Assembly: GCA_910579055.1 (NCBI GenBank)
Contig: CAJTSU010000008.1
Span: 1-46,412 of the forward strand
Length of the DNA stretch: 46,412 nt
Direction: 5' to 3'
Origin: an uncultured Mailhella sp.
Lineage (GTDB): Bacteria; Desulfobacterota; Desulfovibrionia; Desulfovibrionales; Desulfovibrionaceae
Shown: in pieces, positions 20,095 through 29,238 of the stretch
Layout: the number at the start of each line of letters is the position of its first letter
Position numbering within the stretch: the first letter of the stretch is position 1
Translations under genes and position numbers: made by a program
Notes under the pieces: model-generated
What the model was told of the DNA's origin: nothing
The model's database searches: none
What the model saw: only the letters and a program-made list of their open reading frames with translations

Positions 20095-20685
20095 TTAATG
20101 GAATAGCCAGCCTGAACGAACAGCCCATACCAGTTCAAAGGTCAATAGTTCGGGTTGTTGGGACATTAAACCACGCAGCTCATCCTCATCCACAAACATA
20201 CCGTCTGACACGCGAGTCGGGTCGGGCTGAGGATGGGTTCGAACGGGGCCGGCCACATAACAGCTGGCATTCAGCCGCGCACCATATGCATCTGTATACG
20301 GCAGAGCGGAAAGCAGACGGAGGCGCGGGACGACAATACCAAGAGCGTTTTGTAACGCGCGCAATGCAGCTCCTTCTGTAGCTTCACCGGCAAAAACTTC
20401 ATCTGTGACAGAGATATCCCACAAACCTGGCTGCCGATGCAGGGAAGGGGAACGCTTTTGCAAAAAAATCCGTCCTCTGGCATCTTTGAGGCAGACCTGC
20501 ACAATTCTCCTGGACAGACGACGGCGCAACGCAAGAGAACGTGGCACCAGTAGAAGAGGTTGATCAAAGGAATCGGTCACCTCTACCAGCTCATCTTCCT
20601 GTGATATGCTGCCCGCCTGCATAACGTCGAATGTGGCGGGTCCATTCAAATACGGATATTTCAGAAAGGATGAAACAGCCATCAT
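20095..20685 (-). CDS. NUDIX / IPP-isomerase-like protein with degenerate Nudix box
   Basis: ELVEVTD, GRIFLQKRS and PGLWDIS...GE...AALR. Start uncertain. Confidence 0.75.
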   Translation of the reverse strand: MMAVSSFLKYPYLNGPATFDVMQAGSISQEDELVEVTDSFDQPLLLVPRSLALRRRLSRRIVQVCLKDARGRIFLQKRSPSLHRQPGLWDISVTDEVFAGEATEGAALRALQNALGIVVPRLRLLSALPYTDAYGARLNASCYVAGPVRTHPQPDPTRVSDGMFVDEDELRGLMSQQPELLTFELVWAVRSGWLFH

Positions 20686-20712
20686 AACCTCGGAAAATTC
20701 GGGAAACTTTTA

Positions 20713-21183
20713 ATGGAGCAAGTGATGAATGCATCCATTCCGCAACGTCTTGGCCCGTGTGACGCCGCTGCCTTGTCAGAACTGGAAACTCTGTGTTTTT
20801 CCGCGCCCTGGAAGCTGGATCAAATCAAGAGTGCCCTGAGGTTGCCTCATTTCATTGCATACGGCATTAAATTTCAAGGAGTATTACACGCGTATATTGC
20901 TCTGGCGCACATTGCTGATGAACTAGAGGTACTCAATCTCGCGACGCATCCCACGGTGCGACGTGCGGGCCTGGCCAGAAGTCTGCTGAGGCATACGTTT
21001 GATGAAGCCCTTCGCCTGGGAGTAAAACGGATTATTTTGGAGGTACGCATCGGCAATACTCCCGCTCGCAATCTGTACACTTCGTTCGGCATGACCCAGA
21101 TAGGGGTTCGTCAACATTACTATGCCGATACGGGGGAAGATGCCTTGGTTCTGCATAAAGTGCTGGAAAAGAAACCTTCGTAA
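20713..21183 (+). CDS. rimI: Ribosomal-protein-alanine N-acetyltransferase
   Basis: Motifs ELEVLNLATHP..RRAGLA, LEVRIGN.PA..LY and R.HYYADTGEDA. Confidence 0.9.
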   Translation: MEQVMNASIPQRLGPCDAAALSELETLCFSAPWKLDQIKSALRLPHFIAYGIKFQGVLHAYIALAHIADELEVLNLATHPTVRRAGLARSLLRHTFDEALRLGVKRIILEVRIGNTPARNLYTSFGMTQIGVRQHYYADTGEDALVLHKVLEKKPS

Positions 21184-21194
21184 GGTTTTTCCAT

Positions 21195-21223
21195 AAAAAA
21201 AGGCTACCGGAGCAGCCTTTTTT
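21195..21223. terminator. Bidirectional intrinsic terminator between convergent rimI and secG
   Basis: AAAAAAAGGCT-ACCGGAGC-AGCCTTTTTT, with A and T tracts on both sides. Confidence 0.8.
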
Positions 21224-21248
21224 ATGGGAAGAAGGATAAAGAGCAGGA

Positions 21249-21608
21249 TCAGGAAGCGGGTATCTGCCCGGCAGGGGCAGATGTTTCCGGTGCCGGAGAA
21301 ACGGGAGCCGCAGGAGCTTCAGTTTTGGGGGCTGGTATTTCTTCAAACTGGATATCCACAATGGAAGATCCCTGATCGGAACCCGTCCGGGTCATCAGGT
21401 TATAGCCGAGAGATGTAGCGATGAACAGCACGGCCAGAAATGTGGTCAGCTTAACAAGGACACCCCCCGCTCCGGTACTGCCGAATACGGAGGAATTACC
21501 ACCGCCGCCGAAAATCACGCCCATGCCTTCTCGTCCGGCCTGCAACAGCACCAGGATGATCAGCACAACGCAGACAATGACATGAAGCGTCAGAATAATG
21601 GTCTGCAC
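21249..21608 (-). CDS. secG: Preprotein translocase subunit SecG
   Basis: Motifs LHVIVCVVLIILVLLQ, GMGVIFGGG and FGSTGAGGVLVKLT. It follows tpiA. Confidence 0.93.
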   Translation of the reverse strand: MQTIILTLHVIVCVVLIILVLLQAGREGMGVIFGGGGNSSVFGSTGAGGVLVKLTTFLAVLFIATSLGYNLMTRTGSDQGSSIVDIQFEEIPAPKTEAPAAPVSPAPETSAPAGQIPAS

Positions 21609-21622
21609 GACAAACTCCTTAC

Positions 21623-22372
21623 TCAGGCTGTAACAATCTTGGTAAAACTTTCAGCCTGTAAAGAAGCACCTCCTACCAGCACACCATCCACGTTGTCAAG
21701 GGCAAGAATGGCTGAAGCATTCTCTGCTTTAACGCTCCCGCCATACAGAATGGGGACTTTGCAGTCTTTGCCGAAATGTTTTTTCACCAGACTTTTAAGC
21801 AGCGAGTGGGCTTCCTGTATATCGTCCATTTCAGCAGTTCTTCCCGTGCCAATGGCCCATACCGGTTCATAGGCTAGGGCCAAGTGAGGAAGCGCCTCCG
21901 CAGTCACGCCTGCGAGCGCGAGAGTTATCTGACGTTCCAATACAATGGGTAATTCGCCGCGTTCGCGTTCTTCCAGCGTTTCCCCCACACAGAGCATGAC
22001 ATTAAGATTTTTTTCCAAAGCAAAACGCAGCTTGCGTCCGATAAAATCGTCATTTTCCCCCAACAGGTGTCTTCGCTCAGAGTGCCCTGCAAGAACCCAG
22101 GACGCTCCACAGGATTTAATCATGGCAGGAGAAATTTCTCCGGTAAACGCGCCTTCTTCTGCCGGGTACATATTTTGAGCCCCGACGCTGCCATTATGGA
22201 ATGTACGCATTGCCGTGGCCGCGGCTTCCAACGCGGTAAACGGCGCAAAAATCAGCACTTCGCGTCCTGCGGGGGCGCTTCCGCCCAGCAATGTTGACAA
22301 TTTTTCAATGGTTGCCGTTGCTTCCGTAGAAGTTTTGTACATTTTCCAGTTTGCCGCCATCAGTTTACGCAT
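21623..22372 (-). CDS. tpiA: Triosephosphate isomerase
   Basis: Motifs AANWKM, GAFTGEIS, GHSERR, AYEPVWAIGTG, YGGSVK and LVGGASL. Start taken at MRKLMAAN. Confidence 0.97.
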   Translation of the reverse strand: MRKLMAANWKMYKTSTEATATIEKLSTLLGGSAPAGREVLIFAPFTALEAAATAMRTFHNGSVGAQNMYPAEEGAFTGEISPAMIKSCGASWVLAGHSERRHLLGENDDFIGRKLRFALEKNLNVMLCVGETLEERERGELPIVLERQITLALAGVTAEALPHLALAYEPVWAIGTGRTAEMDDIQEAHSLLKSLVKKHFGKDCKVPILYGGSVKAENASAILALDNVDGVLVGGASLQAESFTKIVTA

Positions 22373-22462
22373 GCAAAGTCCGCCTGTTACACAAAAATGT
22401 TTGTAGTGAAAATATTTGTCAGGATAAGACACAACGTGCTGTTCTGCAAGGCTCATATTCTT

Positions 22463-22645
22463 ACGCTCTGTTGTAGAATACCTTGACCGCCGGAGGCGCG
22501 AGCGTAGCGAGCCTGGAGGTCGATCCGAAGGCCGCGCGCAGCGTTTTCCGCGCAAAACGCAAGCGAGAGCGAGTATCAGCAGAGCCGATCAAGCAAAAAT
22601 ACACGCCTCGCGCAACGCCATCAACACAGTTCTACAACACAGCCT
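22463..22645 (+). repeat. Repeat family A MITE, complete copy
   Basis: Imperfect TIRs ACGCTCTGTTGTAGAA and TTCTACAACACAGCCT. The GC-rich core is shared with 11743-11781 and about 28913-28955. Confidence 0.8.
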
Positions 22646-22649
22646 ATCC

Positions 22650-23525
22650 TTACCGTCTCTTGACCAGATGTCCGTTCTGCGGGGAACTCTGTTCCTTGTC
22701 TTCGCGGTATCCGGCTTGCACGGCTTGTGTGCGGGTAGTCTCAGGCGCGTCAAGCCGGATCAATCTGATTTCTCGTGCCAGCCCGCTTTCATCATCAATA
22801 TCAAGAAATGCTCCGTTAAGCGAAGACTGTCCGGAGGCTGCTTTGAACGCTACAGGGCGGCGAGACAAAAAACGTTCAAGCGTGATGGAAGCATCCATGC
22901 CAAGTGAAGAAATCTCCACACCGCACATTCCCAAATCTGTAAGATAGGCAGTACCTTGCGGCAATATTTGTGCATCAGCGCACTGTACATGGGTATGTGT
23001 GCCGAGTACGGCGCTGACTCTTCCGTCCAAGGCCAGACCAAGGGTCTTTTTTTCACTTGTCGCTTCAGCGTGAAAATCAACCAGGCGGATTTTGGTTGCC
23101 TTTTTGGCCTCCAGTTCTTCGACCCAGTTGAACGCTGTACGAAAGGGACAGGGCAGGGCGTCCATATAGGTCAGCCCCTGCAAGTTGCACAACGCGATTT
23201 CGCGACCGTCGCCAAGGGAATAAACGGCATAGCCCCGGCCCGGCGCATCCGGGTAATTGGCCGGACGCAAAACGCGTACATCAGCGTCCATACGAGCGTA
23301 AAGTTCCCGGTGCTTCCAGATATGATTACCTCCGGTCACCACATCAACACCACAAGAAAGAATTTCATCAAGGGTATCGTGGGTCAGACCGATCCCCCCG
23401 GCAGCGTTTTCTCCATTGGCGAATACAAAATCAAGTGCCAGCTCACGCCGTAAGCAGGATACATGCTTTTTCAGCGCCTGCCTGCCCGGTCTGCCGACTA
23501 CATCGCCCAGAGCCAGGATTCTCAT
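22650..23525 (-). CDS. YmdB-like metallophosphoesterase (TIGR00282 type)
   Basis: Motifs LGDVVG, NGENAAGG, TGGNH, RPANYP, DFHAEATSEK, GTHTHVQ and TDLGMCG. Confidence 0.92.
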   Translation of the reverse strand: MRILALGDVVGRPGRQALKKHVSCLRRELALDFVFANGENAAGGIGLTHDTLDEILSCGVDVVTGGNHIWKHRELYARMDADVRVLRPANYPDAPGRGYAVYSLGDGREIALCNLQGLTYMDALPCPFRTAFNWVEELEAKKATKIRLVDFHAEATSEKKTLGLALDGRVSAVLGTHTHVQCADAQILPQGTAYLTDLGMCGVEISSLGMDASITLERFLSRRPVAFKAASGQSSLNGAFLDIDDESGLAREIRLIRLDAPETTRTQAVQAGYREDKEQSSPQNGHLVKRR

Positions 23526-24574
23526 CCTGCACCTCCTTTGCTTCCTTCGGCAACAGGAGACGGACACGCATTCAGCAGCTCCCGCAAATAGGCCACAGCC
23601 GCACGAATTTCCGGTGTGTCCGGCAAGCCGGCAAAGACTTTTTCCAGGTGACCGCTTGTTCGCAGTATCTCCCGGGTGACGGAGAAGCGCAGCTCATGCG
23701 TCCAGGTACCGAGCAGCAGGCGAAAGTCGTTGACATAGCGCAAGTCGCGGTATGATATGACGCGCCCGGCGAGCACATCCTGAACAAGTTTCGGGGAATA
23801 GGCTTCAGGATTATCCTCCACATGAAGAAAAACAGCATCGTTCTCCGGCAGAGCCTGGTCAAAATGAGAAACCATAATACAAATAATATCCAGCTTGTCG
23901 GCGTCGCGTACCACATCTGTTACCAGACGCGCATCTGGTAATAATGACTCCGGAAGAGTGCTTCGGTTGTGCAACAGTACAGCGGTATGGGCAAGTGCGC
24001 GTACGTACTGCTTTTCTCCTGTCAGGAATCCCTTTTTTTTCAACACATCCAAGCCGATCCGGGCATGATTGACCGATGCCGCGTCCGCAAACGTACGATA
24101 TTGGCGAAATTGAGGAAAGCGCCCGCAATCGTGGTACAGTCCCGCAAGTAGGGCGGCTCGGCCTATATCGTCCGGCATCTGTTCGGTTCCAACGATGTTT
24201 TCTACATGGGCATAAACCCGGAGAGAGTGAGCTTCCTTGAGTCGGATAGGTGCGTCTTCAGGGCTGTCGCTGGTGAAACCCGCTGCGTAGTGCCGGAAAA
24301 GTGAGCAATGTTCATCGAAAGACAGCAGCCGGCTGGGGGAAAGGGGAATATCCTGAGCAGGGGGATACAGCATGTCGAGCAAAAAGCCTTCTTTTGGCGG
24401 CTGCGGTTCAGCATTTTTTTCCGAACGGATACACGGGCTTTCCTCGTTCCATCGCGGATCGCGCAATATACCGCGCGGCCCGTATAAAAAGCGCAGCAGC
24501 AAGGCGATTGCTCCCAACATAACCGCCATGACAGCATAACCGCCCCAGCGGCTGCTCATAAATTCTTCAATCAT
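23522..24574 (-). CDS. HD-domain protein with N-terminal transmembrane segment
   Basis: LKEAHSLRV, YHDCGRFPQF, SVNHA and VRDADKLDI, with a hydrophobic N-terminus. Confidence 0.85.
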   Translation of the reverse strand: MIEEFMSSRWGGYAVMAVMLGAIALLLRFLYGPRGILRDPRWNEESPCIRSEKNAEPQPPKEGFLLDMLYPPAQDIPLSPSRLLSFDEHCSLFRHYAAGFTSDSPEDAPIRLKEAHSLRVYAHVENIVGTEQMPDDIGRAALLAGLYHDCGRFPQFRQYRTFADAASVNHARIGLDVLKKKGFLTGEKQYVRALAHTAVLLHNRSTLPESLLPDARLVTDVVRDADKLDIICIMVSHFDQALPENDAVFLHVEDNPEAYSPKLVQDVLAGRVISYRDLRYVNDFRLLLGTWTHELRFSVTREILRTSGHLEKVFAGLPDTPEIRAAVAYLRELLNACPSPVAEGSKGGAG

Positions 24575-24718
24575 AATAAATCCCTCGCACAGTTTTCCAT
24601 AATATCGTCCTGCCCGTTGAAGGGCAAGAGGCGGATGAGCGGATTGTGTCTCATACGCCCCTATGTTAGACTCCAAACAGTTTTTTATGAAAGAACGTTG
24701 TTAACGGGAATTTATTTC

Positions 24719-27700
24719 ATGTCTGATTTTGTTCATCTGCATTGCCATACCGAGTACAGCCTGCTGGACGGCGCCATTCGTATCGAAGATCTATGTAAAA
24801 GGGCCAAGGACTTCGGCATGCCTGCCGCCGCAATTACCGACCATGGCAACATGTTTGGCGCCGCTTATTTTTATAAAGCCTGCCACGATGTGGGCATTCA
24901 TCCGGTTATGGGGTGCGAGGTATATGTTACCCGCGATCATACCGATTGCTCTTCCGAGTTCGCCAGGGTGCGCCACCACCTTATCCTTCTGGCGCAGAAT
25001 ACGATTGGATATCAGAATCTTCTGCGCATAGTCAGTCAAAGCTGGCTTAAGGGTTTTCATTACAAGCCGCGTGTGGACAAAGATATCCTGCGTCGGCACA
25101 GTGAGGGAATCATCGCTCTGTCTGCCTGCCTGGCAGGAGAAATTCCCCGCACCTTGCTGGGAGAAAACCGTTTTATTCCAGGCGGCGGCACATTTGAAGA
25201 CGCCGTTGAACTGACCAAAGAGTATTCTTCCATTTATCCGGGGCGATTCTATCTGGAACTCCAGTCCAACACATTGCCGCAGCAAGATCGTCTCAACGAG
25301 AACCTTCTGAAGCTCGCGGACGCAACCAAGCTTCCCTTGGTTGCCACCAATGATTGTCACTATCTGGATGCGGATGATGTTGAAGCCCATGACATTCTGC
25401 TTTGCATTCAAACACAGGCCAAAGTGGACGATGCCAAGCGCATGCGGTTTGACGCCAAGGATCTGTACTACAAGTCGACGGAGGAAATGCAGACAGCATT
25501 CTCCCATGTGCCGGAAGCCATTGCCAACACGGTGAAAATTGCAGAACTGTGCGCCGGATTGGAAATCCAGATGCATGCGCCGCCCTACCATTTTCCAGTA
25601 TATGATTTGCCGGAAGGTATGACGCTGGATCAGGAATTCTGCAATCTGGCGCGGGAAGGTCTGGCTCAACGGATGCGCAAACATCCGGATCGGGATAAAA
25701 TTAATCCGGAAGTATACCGGGAACGCCTGGAGATGGAACTTAAAGTCATCTGCGACATGGGGTTTCCCGGCTATTTCCTTATTGTGCAAGACTTCATCAA
25801 CTGGGCCAAGAACAACGGTATTCCGGTCGGACCGGGGCGCGGATCAGCAGCAGGATCCGTGGTGGCCTGGGCGTTGCGTATCACCAACCTTGACCCTCTC
25901 CCGTACCATTTATTCTTCGAGCGATTCTTGAATATTGAGCGTATCAGCATGCCTGATATCGACGTGGATTTCTGCGAAGACAGACGGCTGGAAGTTCTTG
26001 AATACGTGACGCACAAGTATGGAAAAAGCAAGGTTTCGCAAATAGCCACCTTCGGAAAAATGAAGGCCAAGGCAGTGGTACGCGATGTGGGGCGCGCCCT
26101 CGGCATGTCGTTCAACGATACATCCCGTATTGCCAAACTTATTCCCCCCGACCTCAAAATGACGCTCAAAAAGGCTTTGGCCGAAGTGCCCGAGTTGGCC
26201 GACATGTACAAAACCGAGCCCCCTGTCAAAAAACTTTTTGATGTTTCCATGCGTCTGGAGGGTTTGTCCCGTCATGCTTCCACCCATGCCGCCGGCGTGG
26301 TGGTGGCTGACTTGGATATGGACGCCTACCTTCCTTTGTTCAAGGGCAAAAAAGACGAACTTGTGGCCCAGTTTGACATGAAAAACGTGGAAAAAGTCGG
26401 CCTGGTCAAATTCGACTTTCTTGGTTTGCGTACCATGACGCTGATCCACCGGGCGCTGGAAAATATCGAACGGCAAGGCAAGGAAGTACCCGATCTGGAT
26501 AACCTGCCTTTGAATGATCTCGCTGTGTACGACTTATATACCAAAGGGGATACGGACGGCATCTTTCAGGTGGAAAGCTCAGGGATGCGCAAATACCTGC
26601 GTATGCTCAAGCCCAACTGTTTTGAAGACCTCATCGCTATGCTGGCTTTATACCGCCCCGGCCCTCTCAATTCAGGCATGGTGGATGAATTCATCAAGCG
26701 CAAGCATGGAGAAATCGAAGTTTCCTATCCTTTGCCTGAACTTGAGAATTGCCTGAAAGATACCTACGGAGTTATCGTCTATCAGGAACAGGTAATGCAA
26801 ATTGCCCAGATTACGGCAAAATATACATTGGGTGGGGCCGATCTGCTGCGCCGAGCCATGGGCAAAAAGAAACCTGAGGAAATGGCCAAGCAGCGCGGCA
26901 TCTTTCTGGAGGGTTCCCTTTCTCGCAATGTGCCGGAGAACAAGGCGAATGAAATTTTCGACCTCATGGAAAAGTTTGCCGAGTACGGGTTCAATAAGGC
27001 CCACAGTGCGGCGTATGCTGTTATCTCCTACCACACCGCCTTTCTGAAGCGCTATTACAAGGTGGAGTTTATGGCGGCGCTGCTCAGTTCGGAAATCGGA
27101 AACCAGGACAAAATTCTTAAATACATCGCCGCATGCCGTGATATGGAAATTGAAGTTCTTCCCCCCGACGTTCAGCGGAGCTACAGAACCTTTTCTGCAT
27201 ATGGCGAAGCGATCATCTACGGCTTGGGCGGTATCAAGAATGTAGGCGATGAAGCTATCAATGAAATCGTCAGTGCAAGAGAGCAGGGCGGAGAATACAA
27301 ATCTCTGCTTGACCTCTGCCTGCGAGTCAACCTGCGCAAGGTGACGAAGCGCGTGCTGGAAAGCCTGATTAAGGGTGGGGCCTGTGACTGCTTTGGTGTG
27401 AGCCGGGCCGGGTTGCTGGCTGCCCTTGATGTGGTTGTGGGGCGTGCGCAGAAAAAGCAAAAGGAAAAGCAGTCCAATCAGGTTTCTCTGTTGGCCCTTG
27501 CTCCCGTTAAGGAAGAACGCCCTGTGGGCGGCATAGGATTCGATTGCCCGGAAAAAGATACCCCTGAGTGGGATGATGATCAGCGTCTCGGCTTTGAAAA
27601 AGAATCCCTCGGCTTTTATCTGACAAGTCATCCTCTCCAGCCCTTCCGGCGTGATATGCTGCGGCTTGGGCTGAGTACTCTGGAGGAAGTGCGTGATGCC

Positions 27701-28246
27701 AAGGGGCAGGTGCGGATCGGCGTACTGGTGACTTCCATTCGGGAGATTCTGACCAAAAAAGGCGACCGCATGGCTTTTGTGCAGATAGAAGATCTCACCG
27801 GGCATGGAGAAGTTACCTTTTTCCCCAAAACTTATGCCTCATTGCGGGAAATATTGAATGCCGAGCGCGCGCTCATAGAGTTGACAGCCACAGTTGATCT
27901 GAAAGAGAACGAGAACTCTTTCGACGAAGACGAGGATATGGAAGATACTGTCAAGGAGGTCAAACTGCTGGGGGATTCCGCGCGAACGTTGCTCGAAGCC
28001 TGTGCCGAAAGCGATCATCCGGTACTGATCCCCTATCCTCCCCAATGTACCAGGCAGGAAGACATTGTGGAATTTCAGGCCATTCTGGACAAGCACAAAG
28101 GGACATCGCACGTTCAGATTCATTTTACTGTGGATGGCAAGTACTGCGTTATGGAGCTGGGTTCACGCTGGCGCGTTCAATCCGGCCCACAACTTCATAA
28201 AGATATTGAAGAATGGATGAAAAGCAAACAGGTGTTCGAAGCATGA
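24719..28246 (+). CDS. dnaE: DNA polymerase III alpha subunit
   Basis: PHP domain HLHCHTEYSLLDGA, GPGRGSAAGS, PDIDVDF, KFDFLGL, FNKAHSAAY and a C-terminal OB fold. No intein is evident. Confidence 0.98.
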   Translation: MSDFVHLHCHTEYSLLDGAIRIEDLCKRAKDFGMPAAAITDHGNMFGAAYFYKACHDVGIHPVMGCEVYVTRDHTDCSSEFARVRHHLILLAQNTIGYQNLLRIVSQSWLKGFHYKPRVDKDILRRHSEGIIALSACLAGEIPRTLLGENRFIPGGGTFEDAVELTKEYSSIYPGRFYLELQSNTLPQQDRLNENLLKLADATKLPLVATNDCHYLDADDVEAHDILLCIQTQAKVDDAKRMRFDAKDLYYKSTEEMQTAFSHVPEAIANTVKIAELCAGLEIQMHAPPYHFPVYDLPEGMTLDQEFCNLAREGLAQRMRKHPDRDKINPEVYRERLEMELKVICDMGFPGYFLIVQDFINWAKNNGIPVGPGRGSAAGSVVAWALRITNLDPLPYHLFFERFLNIERISMPDIDVDFCEDRRLEVLEYVTHKYGKSKVSQIATFGKMKAKAVVRDVGRALGMSFNDTSRIAKLIPPDLKMTLKKALAEVPELADMYKTEPPVKKLFDVSMRLEGLSRHASTHAAGVVVADLDMDAYLPLFKGKKDELVAQFDMKNVEKVGLVKFDFLGLRTMTLIHRALENIERQGKEVPDLDNLPLNDLAVYDLYTKGDTDGIFQVESSGMRKYLRMLKPNCFEDLIAMLALYRPGPLNSGMVDEFIKRKHGEIEVSYPLPELENCLKDTYGVIVYQEQVMQIAQITAKYTLGGADLLRRAMGKKKPEEMAKQRGIFLEGSLSRNVPENKANEIFDLMEKFAEYGFNKAHSAAYAVISYHTAFLKRYYKVEFMAALLSSEIGNQDKILKYIAACRDMEIEVLPPDVQRSYRTFSAYGEAIIYGLGGIKNVGDEAINEIVSAREQGGEYKSLLDLCLRVNLRKVTKRVLESLIKGGACDCFGVSRAGLLAALDVVVGRAQKKQKEKQSNQVSLLALAPVKEERPVGGIGFDCPEKDTPEWDDDQRLGFEKESLGFYLTSHPLQPFRRDMLRLGLSTLEEVRDAKGQVRIGVLVTSIREILTKKGDRMAFVQIEDLTGHGEVTFFPKTYASLREILNAERALIELTATVDLKENENSFDEDEDMEDTVKEVKLLGDSARTLLEACAESDHPVLIPYPPQCTRQEDIVEFQAILDKHKGTSHVQIHFTVDGKYCVMELGSRWRVQSGPQLHKDIEEWMKSKQVFEA

Positions 28247-28650
28247 GCCAGGAGACACGGCATATGAAAAAATCTGTCTGGTATCTCACTGTGCGCGGGG
28301 AGTTTTCTGCCGCGCACGCATTACGCCATTATCAAGGCAAGTGTGAGAACATGCACGGCCATAATTACGGGGCAGAACTTACTGTACGTGGAGAAAAATT
28401 GAGCTCCGACACGGAATTGGCCATGGACTTTTCAGAAATGAAAAAAATATTCCGAGAAGTGCTGGAGCAACTCGATCATCATATTCTTAACGAGATACCG
28501 CCTTTTGATGTTATAAACCCTTCGTCAGAGAACCTTGCCCGATATATTTGGAAACAACTGGAACCCCGCTTTGCTCAGTCTTCTGTGGAGCTTTACAGTG
28601 TAACTGTAAGCGAAAAAACTGCGCAATCTGCAACGTATCGGGAAGAATAA
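28243..28650 (+). CDS. queD: 6-carboxy-5,6,7,8-tetrahydropterin synthase
   Basis: Motifs FSAAHAL, GKCENMHGHNY, LDHHILNE and NPSSENLA. Confidence 0.93.
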   Translation: MSQETRHMKKSVWYLTVRGEFSAAHALRHYQGKCENMHGHNYGAELTVRGEKLSSDTELAMDFSEMKKIFREVLEQLDHHILNEIPPFDVINPSSENLARYIWKQLEPRFAQSSVELYSVTVSEKTAQSATYREE

Positions 28651-28664
28651 TATGTTTAATATTT

Positions 28665-28689
28665 TCAACATTATTCTACAACAGAGCGT
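28665..28689 (+). repeat. Isolated family A terminal repeat
   Basis: 28672-28689 (TATTCTACAACAGAGCGT) is the exact 18-nt reverse complement of 22463-22480. Confidence 0.7.
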
Positions 28690-28720
28690 TTGATTAATTC
28701 AAGGCGAGCGCATTATGTGC

Positions 28721-28835
28721 AGCAATTCTCATTGTGGAGAGCCTAACCTGTTGAAATGGTTGGGGTTGTGTCAAAAGCACCTGTTTTGAATTACCAATAA
28801 ATTCAACAGATTATAGTCATGATGAGAACTGCTGT
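28721..28835. mobile_element. Repeat family D MITE with 9-bp target duplication
   Basis: TIRs AGCAATTCTCAT and ATGAGAACTGCT. Direct repeat ATTATGTGC at 28712-28720 and 28836-28844. Confidence 0.6.
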
Positions 28836-28882
28836 ATTATGTGCTCGCCGTACTCTTTAAGGAACCGCTGGTTAAAACGTTT

Positions 28883-29162
28883 GGCTCTGTTCCAGAATAG
28901 TGTTGATACAAATCTTGTCCGCCGGAGGCGCGAGCGTTAGTGAGCCATGGAGCGACGCCCCCGCCGCATGGTCATGCGGCATGGAGGATGAAGGGGGGGC
29001 ACGGAGTGCGAGCGCAGCGTTTTCCGCACAAAACGCATCGGTAAAGCCGATCGAGCGTCATCAGGAGGTCGCGGAAGCAATGTCTCGCGGAGCGCAGCTT
29101 CATGAAGGCGCAAGCAAGCCAGCCGTGGATATTGTTGCCTTTCGCTCGTGTGGAACACGGGT
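28883..29162 (+). repeat. Repeat family A MITE, long copy
   Basis: Left end GGCTCTGTTCCAGAATAGTGTTGA. Core CCGCCGGAGGCGCGAGCG and GCGCAGCGTTTTCCGC.CAAAACGCA shared with 22463-22645. Weak right end TGGAACACGGG. Confidence 0.7.
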
Positions 29163-29238
29163 TGCCTTTGCGGCAATGAATATTGCCGCCTGTGCCGGAG
29201 CAAAACCTGCCCGCAAGCCGAATGTAGTTTTCACTCTC

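Noticed and set aside
24719..28246. Intein or split in dnaE
   Set aside because: The length and continuous motif order fit an uninterrupted DnaE.
283..29162. CRISPR array or cas genes
   Set aside because: The repeats are dispersed, long and variable, with no regular repeat-spacer period. The HD protein lacks a Cas3 helicase and any cas context.
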